From positions 1,663,994-1,695,993 of the forward strand of contig CBDFIZ010000002.1 in assembly GCA_965248385.1 (NCBI GenBank): a DNA stretch of 32,000 nt. Reading direction: 5' to 3'. Under the pieces are notes generated by a model. The model did not search any database, was not told the origin of the DNA, and saw nothing but the letters and a program-made list of their open reading frames with translations. The translations under genes were made by a program, and so were the position numbers. Origin of the DNA: Dehalococcoidia bacterium (GTDB taxonomy: Bacteria; Chloroflexota; Dehalococcoidia; Lucifugimonadales; JAAXIE01). Shown here in pieces: positions 23,723 to 32,000 of the stretch. Numbering within the stretch: the first letter of the stretch is position 1; each line of letters begins with the position of its first letter.

Positions 23723-24496
23723 TTAGCCTTGGAAAACATTTTCTCGATGGAACGCTAGAAACTCTTCGCCGATGCCGAATTTTTGCGGGAGGTGGATCTG
23801 CTGCCCTTCGTAGTGTCTGATAGAGGTCGCGAAGAAAGCATCATCTTTTGCAGGATGATTAGCGGATACTCTGACAGTCATATTGTCGTTTATAGTAATG
23901 AGGCCGATATCAAACGCACGGTCGTGGAGAGCTGACAGCGCTAAACCATTTCTAGGATTCAACCTATGCTGTTTGTCTTGACGCCATGGCACGATGTGGC
24001 TCGCTACCAATAGGGACGGTACCGATAAACCGGTGATGCAGCACTTTTGGCCGTACGCGCTCAGGACCGCAGCACGAAAGAAGCTTTGGCCAATGCGCTC
24101 TTTAGACTGCACTACCCTATCTTCTCCTACATGGGCTGTGACCTCATCGTCCAACGTAGCGCTAGTCGGTATCTCTTGTCCCAGGGCTTCCATGTAGGCC
24201 GTCTGGCACTCTACCGCAAAGTTTGCTGGATCACTTTCCATTTCCACCCACATGCCCCGGTCCGCGACAGATGCCCCCTTTAGACCAGTACGTCCTGTGG
24301 ACGTGATGGCGGGATCCAGACTAGCAATGTTGGAGAGTTTCATTGCCAGCGACGAGGCCGAACGGCCTATCGCGTCCGCCAGATGAACGATCTCCGGATT
24401 TCCTCTATGTAACCTGCCAAAAGGCAACCGGCTATATAATGCGAAAGCCACGAGCAATTCGCGTCTTGTCCAAGGCAATCTGCTTGGGATGGTCAA
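23723..24496 (-). CDS. HNH endonuclease (HNH_2 / COG3440-like putative restriction endonuclease)
   Basis: This 257-aa ORF has a TTG start. The C-terminal half reads RIGQSFFRAAVLSAYGQKCCITGLSVPSLLVASHIVPWRQDKQHRLNPRNGLALSALHDRAFDIGLITI (R.GQ..FR..vl.aY...C.itG......l.AsHI.Pw......NGL.L....H..FD.G). The N-terminal part, WTRRELLVAFALY...SLAMKLSNIASLDP, is also typical of this family. Confidence 0.85.
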   Translation of the reverse strand: MTIPSRLPWTRRELLVAFALYSRLPFGRLHRGNPEIVHLADAIGRSASSLAMKLSNIASLDPAITSTGRTGLKGASVADRGMWVEMESDPANFAVECQTAYMEALGQEIPTSATLDDEVTAHVGEDRVVQSKERIGQSFFRAAVLSAYGQKCCITGLSVPSLLVASHIVPWRQDKQHRLNPRNGLALSALHDRAFDIGLITINDNMTVRVSANHPAKDDAFFATSIRHYEGQQIHLPQKFGIGEEFLAFHRENVFQG

Positions 24497-24545
24497 GATT
24501 CCTCAACGAGCAACTGACGCGCAGGGAAATCGCTAGACCTTCTCA

Positions 24546-25094
24546 TCATTCGGTCCGACAGCCCACCAGGATGCTTCGGGGCACCAAGTCGCAGCGGGAA
24601 ATCTCCCAACTGCAGGTATATCGTTCATTTAAGCCAATATCACTATCTCGGTTGGGGTTTGGTAGTCCCCAGAGGAACTCGGCGGTAATGACAGTCGAGC
24701 CATCGGGGCCAAAGTGCACAAAGGCCGTATCGTCATAAATGCTCAGTTTCACCGCTACTCTATTCTGGGCGAGCAGGCTCCGCAAACGGTCATTGGAACC
24801 GGCCGTACTCTTTTCGGGAACGACGACGTTACTCCCTAAAGCTAGATTCCCAAAGAAGCAAACTCCAGTGCCCCGCCGAGTCCGTTTGGAGACGTGAATG
24901 TCTAGTACGCCACTCTCATTGAATCCGTATTTCGCTCTGCAGTAAGTTCGCTCCGCCCAAGTCATGGAGTTCCATCGCGAAATCACAGCCATGATGCCTA
25001 CGAGTTCATTGGAGCATTCGTCCGTTAAGACGATCCAGCCTTGGTCAATCAGCTGTTGAATGGTCTCGGACATTCGGCATGCGTTGAACATCAT
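24546..25094 (-). CDS. Hypothetical protein upstream of the HNH nuclease (no recognisable family)
   Basis: This 182-aa ORF is on the same strand, 49 nt upstream of the HNH gene, in the same lower-G+C stretch. There is no convincing RBS, and the start could be the ATG at 25071-25073 (MSETIQQLIDQGW). I can name no motif. Confidence 0.5.
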   Translation of the reverse strand: MMFNACRMSETIQQLIDQGWIVLTDECSNELVGIMAVISRWNSMTWAERTYCRAKYGFNESGVLDIHVSKRTRRGTGVCFFGNLALGSNVVVPEKSTAGSNDRLRSLLAQNRVAVKLSIYDDTAFVHFGPDGSTVITAEFLWGLPNPNRDSDIGLNERYTCSWEISRCDLVPRSILVGCRTE

Positions 25095-25523
25095 TGGCTA
25101 TGTCGGGGGAGAGAGCACGGTATGCTCAGTGCTTTTTGTTGGGACATCATCTTTGAATATGACCTTCGATGGATACTACGGGCATCACGAAAGTGTGTCA
25201 ACGGGAGGTGTTAGGAGCAGGTAGATGACTGCCCCAGTCCCGGTTTCTGGTTCACCCGGACCTAAAGGAGGTGCAGGCGGCGGGCGTTTCTCGAGACAGG
25301 GCAAGTCGCTTCCAAGGGGTTCCTACTTCTACTCGTAGGACGACATGCGGGCTGCGCACCATCCTGCTTTCCTAGGGGAAGGATAGCTTCGAGGTCTGAG
25401 TCATTGTGGGAGGGCCCTGCGGGTTGCGCCTACGCCTTGACAACCCCAAGGGGGCGTGCTACACCCCTTTGTGAGTAAGGTCACTGTTTAGGGGCTTCCA
25501 GCAGATTCGGCGGAGGTGGGATT

Positions 25524-26804
25524 GTGGCTACCGAAGTCAGGGGATTGGTTAATTCGCAGGACGGGCTGATAGACCGACGCATCTTTAACGACGAGGAGAT
25601 TTACCGGCGGGAGTTGGAGCAAATATTTGCCCGCTCTTGGCTCTTCCTTTGTCATGAAAGCCAGGTGGCCCAGCCGGGGGACTTCTTCTCCACTTACATG
25701 GGAGAGGACCCGGTGCTGGTCGTCCGCGACTCCATCGGCAAGATTGGGGCCTTCCTCAACGTATGCCGCCACCGAGGGAACCGGGTGTGCCGCGCCGACG
25801 CCGGCAATGCTTCGGCTTTTGTCTGTGCCTACCATGGCTGGACCTATGGCACCGATGGCAAGCTCATCGCCGTGCCCAGCCTGAAAGAGGCCTACTACGA
25901 CGAACTGGACACCTCCAAGTGGGGGCTTGTCCCAGTGGCCAAGCTGGAGATGTACAAGGGGCTGGTGTTCGCCACCTTCGACGCGCACGCTCCGTCCCTG
26001 CTGGACTACTTGGGGGAGGCTACCTGGTACTTGGACAACTTCTTTGACAGGCGCGAGGGCGGGGTCGAGGTTTTCGGTGGCATGTTCAAGTGGACCATAC
26101 CCTGCAACTGGAAGTTCGCCGCCGAGAATTTCGGTGGCGACGCCTACCACGTGGGCTGGAGCCACCTCTCAGCAATAAGGAACTCTTTCGCGAGCAGCAG
26201 AGCCATTGAGCCCCAGACGGGTGGGTCCATCGTGGCCGCTGGACCCGCCCACATGATTTGCTTCGGCCCTGACGACGACCCTAGTCCGCCCATACCTGCT
26301 CTGGTCCAGTACGAGGCGGAGGTCAAGCAGGAAATCAGGGACCGCTTGGGACCGCGCCGGGACCTGCTCAACCCCTTCGCCGCTACCATCTTCCCCAACT
26401 TCTCCATGCTGCGGGCAGGATCGCGCACCTTCCGCGTGTGGCACCCCAAGGGGCCCGACAAGGTGGAGGTAACGGCATGGGCCTTCTGCGACAAGACCGC
26501 CCCAGCTGAAATCAAAGAAATCATCCGCTTGGGAGCCATAAGGGGATTCAGCCCCTCGGGCACCTTTGAGCAGGACGACATGGACAACTGGCAGGAATGC
26601 ACCGTCACCGCCAAGGGGCCCGTGTCCAGGCGCATACCCTTGAACAACCAGATGGGCATCGGCCACGACTCCTTCAACGAAGACCTGATGTCGTGGACAA
26701 GCGACTTCCGCATGAGCGAGAACAGCCACCGCCGCTTCTATGCTCGGTGGGCTCGATTCATGGAGGCCAACAGCTGGGCCGACATAGAGACCAACGCACC
26801 CTGA
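25524..26804 (+). CDS. Rieske ring-hydroxylating oxygenase alpha subunit, pair 3
   Basis: This 426-aa ORF has the Rieske motif CRHRGNRVC-x17-CAYHGW and the iron region [14 protein letters not shown]. It is clearly paralogous to alpha 1. The GTG start has GGAGGTG upstream. Confidence 0.92.
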   Translation: MATEVRGLVNSQDGLIDRRIFNDEEIYRRELEQIFARSWLFLCHESQVAQPGDFFSTYMGEDPVLVVRDSIGKIGAFLNVCRHRGNRVCRADAGNASAFVCAYHGWTYGTDGKLIAVPSLKEAYYDELDTSKWGLVPVAKLEMYKGLVFATFDAHAPSLLDYLGEATWYLDNFFDRREGGVEVFGGMFKWTIPCNWKFAAENFGGDAYHVGWSHLSAIRNSFASSRAIEPQTGGSIVAAGPAHMICFGPDDDPSPPIPALVQYEAEVKQEIRDRLGPRRDLLNPFAATIFPNFSMLRAGSRTFRVWHPKGPDKVEVTAWAFCDKTAPAEIKEIIRLGAIRGFSPSGTFEQDDMDNWQECTVTAKGPVSRRIPLNNQMGIGHDSFNEDLMSWTSDFRMSENSHRRFYARWARFMEANSWADIETNAP

Positions 26805-26851
26805 TCATCCAAGAATTTCACTAGAGACTCGACCAAAGGAAGGCGGCTGCC

Positions 26852-27394
26852 ATGGACCAAGACACCGTACGCGATATAGAGCAGTTCATGTACCAGGAGG
26901 CGCGCCTTCTGGACACCCGGCGCCTGCACGATTGGCTAGAGCTCTGGACTGAGGACGCCCACTACTGGGTGCCGGTGCGCACCACCCGTTACCCGCGCAT
27001 CAGCAAGGCCATTTCCATCGCCGACCAAGATCGCTATATCGAGGACGAAATCTCCAAGGAAGACGAGTTGGCCATCCTCGATGAGGACAAGGACAGCTTG
27101 GAGAGGCGCGTGGCTCGCTTGGATACCGGCATGGCGTGGGCCGAGGACCCTCCTTCCCGCACGCGCCACCTGATCACGAACATCGAGGTGCACGAGACCG
27201 ATAAGAGCGACGAGGTGAAGGTATTCTCCAACTTCCTCATGTACCGCACTCGTGGCGAGACGGAGCAGGACTTCTACGTGGGCTGCCGGGAAGACACGCT
27301 GCGCAGGGACGGCAACTCGTGGAAGATCTCCCGTCGCAAGGCCGTTTTGGACCAGAACGTCCTGTTGGCCAAGAACGTCAGCAATTTCTTCTAG
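26852..27394 (+). CDS. Ring-hydroxylating oxygenase beta subunit, pair 3
   Basis: This 180-aa ORF reads IEQFMYQEARLLDTRRLHDWLELWTEDAHYWVP...WKISRRKAVLDQNVLLAKNVSNFF. It is a paralog of beta 1. Confidence 0.88.
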   Translation: MDQDTVRDIEQFMYQEARLLDTRRLHDWLELWTEDAHYWVPVRTTRYPRISKAISIADQDRYIEDEISKEDELAILDEDKDSLERRVARLDTGMAWAEDPPSRTRHLITNIEVHETDKSDEVKVFSNFLMYRTRGETEQDFYVGCREDTLRRDGNSWKISRRKAVLDQNVLLAKNVSNFF

Positions 27395-27423
27395 GGGTGC
27401 CTACCGCGTAAGGTTGGAAGCCA

Positions 27424-27455
27424 CAGTAGGGGCGATTCGCGAATCGCCCCTACTG
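27424..27455. terminator. Perfect 32-nt palindrome (family 3 repeat) between convergent genes; candidate bidirectional terminator
   Basis: cagtaggggcgattcg|cgaatcgcccctactg has 16-nt arms with no mismatch. It lies between the beta 3 stop (27394) and the racemase-family gene stop (27459). Confidence 0.6.
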
Positions 27456-27458
27456 CCC

Positions 27459-28124
27459 TTACTGTGTGACCAGCTTCTTCAATAGCCTAGCACTGCTGTG
27501 AGGTGCCGAAAGCACCGGCACCGTCGCCTTTTCCGCCACCTGTGTGAACGCAGCCGCAAAGGAGAACTGCCCCAGCACCACCAAGTCCACTTCTGGGGCC
27601 AGCTTCTCCACCTCTTCCAGCAGACGACGCTCCAGACCCAGGACGCCCTCGGTGCGTATCACAGGGATGAGGTCCTCGGCTAGGGCGAGGTGTGGCTCCA
27701 GTTCGATGCCTCGCTCCCTAGCCGACCGCCTCAGGTAGTATTCAGCGTCCCTCAGCGTGGCAGGCACCGATGCGATGACACCTACGCGACTGCCGAGGTT
27801 CAGTGCTTCCTCCACCACCGGGCCATAGGACGACACCACTGGCACATCCACCAAGTCGCAGGCCGAGTCCACCACCGGCGCGTAGACGGAGCAGGCCAGG
27901 CCAACGGCGTTGGCGCCATGCTCGGCCCCGTAGCAGATAAGTCCGCTCATGCGCCGCCTGAGGGCAGCGGTGATGTGATCATCGAAATCCAGGAACAGCC
28001 CCTCATCCAGCAGGTTCACCACCTCGGCCTCGGGGAACACCTCGCCGAAAGCCGAGTTCACCGGCGGGATGGACTCGGCAATGGCGTGAATCATGACGAC
28101 ACGCATGGTCACTTGATACCTCAA
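27459..28124 (-). CDS. Asp/Glu/hydantoin racemase-family protein (arylmalonate decarboxylase/maleate isomerase-like)
   Basis: This ORF of about 215-221 aa has two pseudo-symmetric halves, each with a conserved Cys or Ser position (GLACSVYAPV; VVLGQFSF), in the layout I associate with this family. The likely start is the ATG at 28104-28106 (MRVVMIHAI). Confidence 0.55.
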   Translation of the reverse strand: MRYQVTMRVVMIHAIAESIPPVNSAFGEVFPEAEVVNLLDEGLFLDFDDHITAALRRRMSGLICYGAEHGANAVGLACSVYAPVVDSACDLVDVPVVSSYGPVVEEALNLGSRVGVIASVPATLRDAEYYLRRSARERGIELEPHLALAEDLIPVIRTEGVLGLERRLLEEVEKLAPEVDLVVLGQFSFAAAFTQVAEKATVPVLSAPHSSARLLKKLVTQ

Positions 28125-28185
28125 GAAAAAGTCGCTTTGGTGAGACCTAGACGACCGGGGCGAGGCTGGTTCAGGGGTGGTTGTG

Positions 28186-28881
28186 CTAGACGCCTAGGTA
28201 GCTGCGCTTGATCTCCTCGTTCTGCCACAGCTCCCGAGGAGACGACTCGTATACTATCCTGCCCTTGGTCATCACGTAAACATGGTCTGCGAGTCTCAAC
28301 GCAAAGGGCAGGTTCTGCTCCACCAGAAGAATGGAGAGCCCCTCGTCCTTCAGTTGCTGCACGGTACGACCCAGTTCCTGCACTAGCAGCGGGGCCAACC
28401 CTTCGGTGGGCTCGTCCATCAGCAGGAATTCAGGATTTCTGACCAAGGCGCGGGCACTGGCCAGCATCTGCTGCTCGCCACCACTGAGGCGGTTGCCCCG
28501 GTGGCGTATGCGCTCCTCCAGCCGCGGGAAGACTGAAAAGACCCGGCGGGCATCCCATCCGCCAGTGCGGGGCCGGGACGCAATGGAGAGGTTCTCCCTG
28601 ACTTCCAAGGATGGGAATATGCGCCTGCCTTGGGGCACCAGTCCCATCCCCAATCTGGCAATCTTCTCGCTTGGTAGATTCGTGATGTCTTGGTCCTTGA
28701 AACGGATGGCGCCTCTCCGTGCGGGTGTGAAGCCCATGATAGAGCGTATCAGTGTGGTCTTGCCCACGCCGTTCCGCCCTAGCAGGGCCACCACGGACCC
28801 CTTCTCAATGTTCAGCGACATGCCCTGTAGCACGTAGCTGTCTCCGTAGTAAGTGTGGACGTCGTCGATTTCCAGCATCAA
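28186..28881 (-). CDS. livF: Branched-chain amino acid-type ABC transporter ATP-binding protein (LivF-like)
   Basis: Walker A GRNGVGKTT, signature LSGGEQQML, Walker B LLMDEPTEGL. It overlaps the upstream ATPase gene by 4 nt. Confidence 0.9.
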   Translation of the reverse strand: MMLEIDDVHTYYGDSYVLQGMSLNIEKGSVVALLGRNGVGKTTLIRSIMGFTPARRGAIRFKDQDITNLPSEKIARLGMGLVPQGRRIFPSLEVRENLSIASRPRTGGWDARRVFSVFPRLEERIRHRGNRLSGGEQQMLASARALVRNPEFLLMDEPTEGLAPLLVQELGRTVQQLKDEGLSILLVEQNLPFALRLADHVYVMTKGRIVYESSPRELWQNEEIKRSYLGV

Positions 28882-29645
28882 GCGAAAAGCTCTTCCCCGG
28901 CCGTGCCCAAGTATATGTCCGTAACACTCTGGTCGGCCTGAATCTCTTGAGGCGTCCCCTCGGCCAGCAGTTGTCCCATGTGGAGCACTGTAATCCGGTC
29001 CACCAAGTCGAAGACCACATCCATGTCGTGCTCAATCAGCAGGATGGACATGTCTCTAGGCAAGCCCCGGATCAGATTGGTCACCGTCTGGGTCTCCGCA
29101 GTAGAGAGACCAGCAGTTGGCTCGTCCAACAATAGCACCTTGGGGTCGCCAGCCAAGGCCAGAAGTATCTCCACTTGGCGCTGCTCTCCGTAGGAGAGGT
29201 TGCGGACTACTATGTCCCGGCTGTCCCACAGGCCCCAAGTCTCCAAGATTTCTTGGGCTTTGGTATACAACGAGCCGTAGGTGGTGCGAGGCCGGTGCAT
29301 GGCCAGCTTCATGGGCCTGTGTGCTTGGATGCCCAGAAGCACATTCTCCAGCACTGTGAGGCTGGGGAAGAGGTTGGTGATCTGGTAGGTGCGCGACATG
29401 CCGAGCAGAGCACGTTTATGCGGTGGCATCCGGGTGATGTCCCGTCCGAACAGGCGCACTCGCCCCGAGGAGGCTGGCATCGTGCCACTGACTATGGAGA
29501 AGAGCGTGGTCTTGCCCGCTCCGTTGGGGCCGATTATGGCCCGCCGCTCGCCCGCTTCCATGGAGAGGTCGACATCAAGCAGGGCTTGCAGCGAGCCGAA
29601 GCTGCGGGAGACGCCCTCGACCTGTAGGGAACTCTCTGAACTCAT
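28878..29645 (-). CDS. livG: Branched-chain amino acid-type ABC transporter ATP-binding protein (LivG-like)
   Basis: Walker A GPNGAGKTT, signature LSYGEQRQVEI, Walker B LLLDEPTAGL. I prefer the ATG at 29643-29645 (MSSESSLQVEGV) because it forms an ATGA overlap with the permease stop. The ORF track extends to 29729. Confidence 0.9.
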   Translation of the reverse strand: MSSESSLQVEGVSRSFGSLQALLDVDLSMEAGERRAIIGPNGAGKTTLFSIVSGTMPASSGRVRLFGRDITRMPPHKRALLGMSRTYQITNLFPSLTVLENVLLGIQAHRPMKLAMHRPRTTYGSLYTKAQEILETWGLWDSRDIVVRNLSYGEQRQVEILLALAGDPKVLLLDEPTAGLSTAETQTVTNLIRGLPRDMSILLIEHDMDVVFDLVDRITVLHMGQLLAEGTPQEIQADQSVTDIYLGTAGEELFA

Positions 29646-30772
29646 TGGCCCACGCTCCCGTTCCTGTCCTTGCCTGAAGACATGGGCTTCTTGGCCCCAA
29701 GAGTATCTCGGAATATCTTGCGCAGCCATTGCGATCTGGCGGCTCCGAATATGCCCTTCGGAGCAAACAGCACTACCAGGACGTAAATGATGCCTAGGAT
29801 TAACAGCCAGCGGTCTGTGTAGTCGCTAAGGAAGTTCTCCAAGAAGACGATCGCGCCAGCCCCTAACGCTGGGCCGAACAGGGTGCCCGGCCCGCCCAGT
29901 ACGACCATCAGGAAGACTTCCGCTGACGGGAGGATGTTGATGTCCAACGGGCTCACGAAGTTGTTGAGGTAGACAAACAGGCTGCCTGCGACGCCAGCGA
30001 ATATACCGGCGATGATGAAGGCTAGGTACTTGTACAGCCAGACGTTATATCCCAGGACCTGCATGCGAGTCTCGCTCTCGCGTATGCCTTGCAGGGCTTG
30101 GCCGAAGGGTGACCGGACAATCAGGTACATGATGGCAGTCGAGGCGACGAAGAATCCCAGCACGACGTAAAAGAAGGCCTCGGCATTGAAGGACGATGGG
30201 AGCGCGGCGCCCGGTTGGAAAAGGACGGATAGCCCGTCATCGCCGTTGGTCTTGGACCGCCATCCCCAGCTTATGGCCCATACCATTTGGGCCAATGCCA
30301 AGGTGATCATGATGAAGTAGGCGCCTCTCGTCCGCAATGCCAGTAAGCCAAAGGCGGCGGCTATGACTCCGCTGAAAGTGATCCCCAATAGCAGCGCGAA
30401 CCAGAAATTGCCGACTATGGCAACGCAGTCTCCTCTGTCGGGACATAAGACGTCTTTGTAGAAGAGGGCCGCCGTGTACGCCCCGGTACCGAAGAAGGCC
30501 GCATGGCCCAGTGAAGGCAGCCCCGTATAGCCGAGCAGCAAGTCCAAGCTCATGGCGAAGATGGCGAAGATCAGCATTCGGCTCAGGATGCCTGTCCAGT
30601 AGGAGTCAATGAACGGCAATTGAGGCAGGATGACCAGCACCACGATGGCTGCGAGTACTGCGTATAGAAAAGCGCGTTGTCGGGGGTGCAAATCGCCCAT
30701 GATCCCGGAGGCTTTGCCTAGGAAGGAGGTGCCCTGATTTGGCCCCTGTCCCCGCGTTCGGGCGCTCATCAT
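29642..30772 (-). CDS. livM: Branched-chain amino acid-type ABC transporter permease (LivM-like)
   Basis: This 376-aa polytopic membrane protein shows the LivM pattern (LSLDLLLGYTGLPSLGHAAFFGTGAY). It has an ATGA overlap with the upstream permease gene. Confidence 0.88.
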   Translation of the reverse strand: MMSARTRGQGPNQGTSFLGKASGIMGDLHPRQRAFLYAVLAAIVVLVILPQLPFIDSYWTGILSRMLIFAIFAMSLDLLLGYTGLPSLGHAAFFGTGAYTAALFYKDVLCPDRGDCVAIVGNFWFALLLGITFSGVIAAAFGLLALRTRGAYFIMITLALAQMVWAISWGWRSKTNGDDGLSVLFQPGAALPSSFNAEAFFYVVLGFFVASTAIMYLIVRSPFGQALQGIRESETRMQVLGYNVWLYKYLAFIIAGIFAGVAGSLFVYLNNFVSPLDINILPSAEVFLMVVLGGPGTLFGPALGAGAIVFLENFLSDYTDRWLLILGIIYVLVVLFAPKGIFGAARSQWLRKIFRDTLGAKKPMSSGKDRNGSVGQ

Positions 30773-31647
30773 GTCCTCCCAAAGAGGCCGGTGGGCCTGA
30801 GGGCCAACACAATGGCCATTGGCGCGTATATGGTCACCTGTGCCAAGGTCGGAGAGAGGGTGCCGGGGAACTCCACGATTACTGCCTTGGCGTAGCTATC
30901 GATAAGGCCAATGAAGATGGCCCCGACCAAGGCGCCTCGCAGGCTACCCAAGCCTCCCACGATAACCACTACGAAGGCGAATATCAGCACCTCGAAGTCG
31001 TATAGCGGCCCAACGGCGGTGTTGGCAGTGCCTAGGACCCCGGCTGCGCCTGCGAGCAATGCACCCAAGCCGAACATTGCGGTGAACACCAATGGCACGT
31101 TGATGCCCAAGCCTCGGGCCATCTCTTCGTCGTCCACTCCAGCGCGTACGACGGCCCCCACCTTGGTCTTTTCCTGGAGCAGCCCCAGGCCGATAGCCAG
31201 AACGACCCCTACCCCTATGAGGAAGAGCTTGTAGATGGGGTATTGGATGGACCCAACAATGACAGAGCCGTCGAACAGGGCTGGCTTGACGATGGACTGG
31301 GGATGGCCGCCCCAAATCCACAACGAGAAGTCGGCTATGATGAAGAGGAAGCCGAAAGTGAGAAGTATCTGGGCCATCTCATCGTGTAAGAACCGATCCA
31401 GCAGGAAGCGCTGCATGAGGATGCCCAGTACGCAGACGCCGGCCATTCCCGCTAGAAGCCCGAGCCAGAATGTATCGGTCTCACGGGAGACGGTGATGCC
31501 TATGTAGGCTCCCAGCAGATAGTAGGAGCCATGGGCCAGGTTGAGTATCCTCATCAAGCCGAAGATGAGGGACAGGCCGGCAGCCACTAGGAACAGCAGC
31601 ATCCCGAAAGAGAGGCCGTTCAGGGTGTGCGTAAACCATACATCCAC
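30769..31647 (-). CDS. livH: Branched-chain amino acid-type ABC transporter permease (LivH-like)
   Basis: This 292-aa ORF reads NGLSFGMLLFLVAAGLSLIFGLMRILNLAHGSYYLLGAY, the typical LivH N-terminus. Confidence 0.88.
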   Translation of the reverse strand: MDVWFTHTLNGLSFGMLLFLVAAGLSLIFGLMRILNLAHGSYYLLGAYIGITVSRETDTFWLGLLAGMAGVCVLGILMQRFLLDRFLHDEMAQILLTFGFLFIIADFSLWIWGGHPQSIVKPALFDGSVIVGSIQYPIYKLFLIGVGVVLAIGLGLLQEKTKVGAVVRAGVDDEEMARGLGINVPLVFTAMFGLGALLAGAAGVLGTANTAVGPLYDFEVLIFAFVVVIVGGLGSLRGALVGAIFIGLIDSYAKAVIVEFPGTLSPTLAQVTIYAPMAIVLALRPTGLFGRT

Positions 31648-31731
31648 TTAAGAACAGCCCTCTATCCTAGTGATCGCAAGTGAACTCGTCATAGACGAGG
31701 AACTTCCAATGCCTGTCGCTATGGCAATACG

Positions 31732-31760
31732 CCAGCCCCAGGAGTCAGACCCGGGGCTGG
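31732..31760 (-). terminator. Intercistronic hairpin after the binding-protein gene (candidate attenuator or mRNA stabiliser)
   Basis: ccagcccc (31732-31739) pairs with ggggctgg (31753-31760) across a 13-nt loop. It lies 15 nt downstream of the binding-protein stop and upstream of livH. Confidence 0.4.
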
Positions 31761-31774
31761 TGCTCTGGGGGTTC

Positions 31775-32000
31775 CTAGCTGGGATTCAGCAGCGCGTCCT
31801 TTTCGGCTTCAGTCATGCCCCAGAACTGGTCCACATTCTCGATGGTGTCGACCAAGACGTTCAGAGCCATCCCGTCAGGTCCAATTTCAACCCTGCGGAT
31901 ATAGACGTTGAGTATAGGGTTCTGGTACTCGTCATACTGAAAGGGGCCCATGGGGCCATCGAAAGTGACCACCCGAGCGGCAGCCATGAAAGCTTCCCGG
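31775..32000 (-). CDS. ABC transporter substrate-binding protein, C-terminal end (partial, runs off the window)
   Basis: The frame stays open to the window edge. The tail VVTFDGPMGPFQYDEYQNPILNVYIRRVEIGPDGMALNVLVDTIENVDQFWG resembles the C-termini of LivK/LivJ-type binding proteins. It sits at the head of the livHMGF operon. Confidence 0.7.
   Translation of the reverse strand, partial: REAFMAAARVVTFDGPMGPFQYDEYQNPILNVYIRRVEIGPDGMALNVLVDTIENVDQFWGMTEAEKDALLNPS

Noticed and set aside
25095-25523. The 430-bp region upstream of RHO alpha 3, considered as a possible regulatory RNA. It has TTGACA, 17 nt, TACACC at 25437-25465, a small hairpin at 25321-25340, and an AGGAGG with a 34-codon GTG ORF.
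   Set aside because: The -10 is weak, the hairpin is short, and the mini-ORF has no supporting features. This is not enough to call a feature.
1-32000. I looked for tRNA, rRNA, tmRNA, riboswitch-like leaders, integrases, transposases, reverse transcriptases and cas genes.
   Set aside because: I found none by eye. The islets are therefore called accessory only from composition, decay and context, not from mobility genes. A covariance-model scan (tRNAscan-SE/Infernal) would be needed to exclude small RNAs.

Overview
This is a high-G+C bacterial chromosomal window with no rRNA, tRNA, CRISPR array, integrase or transposase that I can see. Most of it is an oxidative catabolic gene set. It holds three Rieske ring-hydroxylating oxygenase (RHO) alpha/beta pairs, a BphB/HcaB-like cis-dihydrodiol dehydrogenase, two luciferase-like (LLM) flavin monooxygenases, an amidohydrolase_2 enzyme and a VOC/glyoxalase protein. 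It also holds two GlcG/DUF336 proteins, an acyl-CoA dehydrogenase, a TPP-dependent E1 alpha/beta dehydrogenase, an Asp/Glu-racemase-family protein and a LivFGMH-type ABC importer with the 3' end of its binding-protein gene. This content resembles marine Chloroflexota (SAR202-like) genomes, but that is inference only. Small accessory islets sit between the metabolic operons. There are four toxin-antitoxin loci: higBA and vapBC look intact, one hicAB has a destroyed toxin, and one hicBA has both genes frameshifted. A PD-(D/E)XK nuclease gene is broken by one in-frame TAG. A visibly lower-G+C two-gene module pairs an unknown 182-aa protein with an HNH_2-type nuclease, next to a decayed SulP/STAS transporter. 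A repeat-built membrane protein has a frameshifted paralogous fragment upstream. Three families of hairpin or palindromic intergenic repeats recur, and their stems carry compensatory substitutions. One larger composite repeat truncates a hicA gene at one locus and splits the E1 alpha/beta operon at another. I cannot point to one clear-cut novel system. The best candidates for follow-up are the HNH two-gene module (23723-25094), the interrupted nuclease islet (6814-8383), the TA cassette bracketed by a duplicated gene end (2862-3503), the composite repeats, and the oxygenase island, which lacks electron-transfer partners and regulators. All functional calls come from motif recognition by eye. 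No database search was run.
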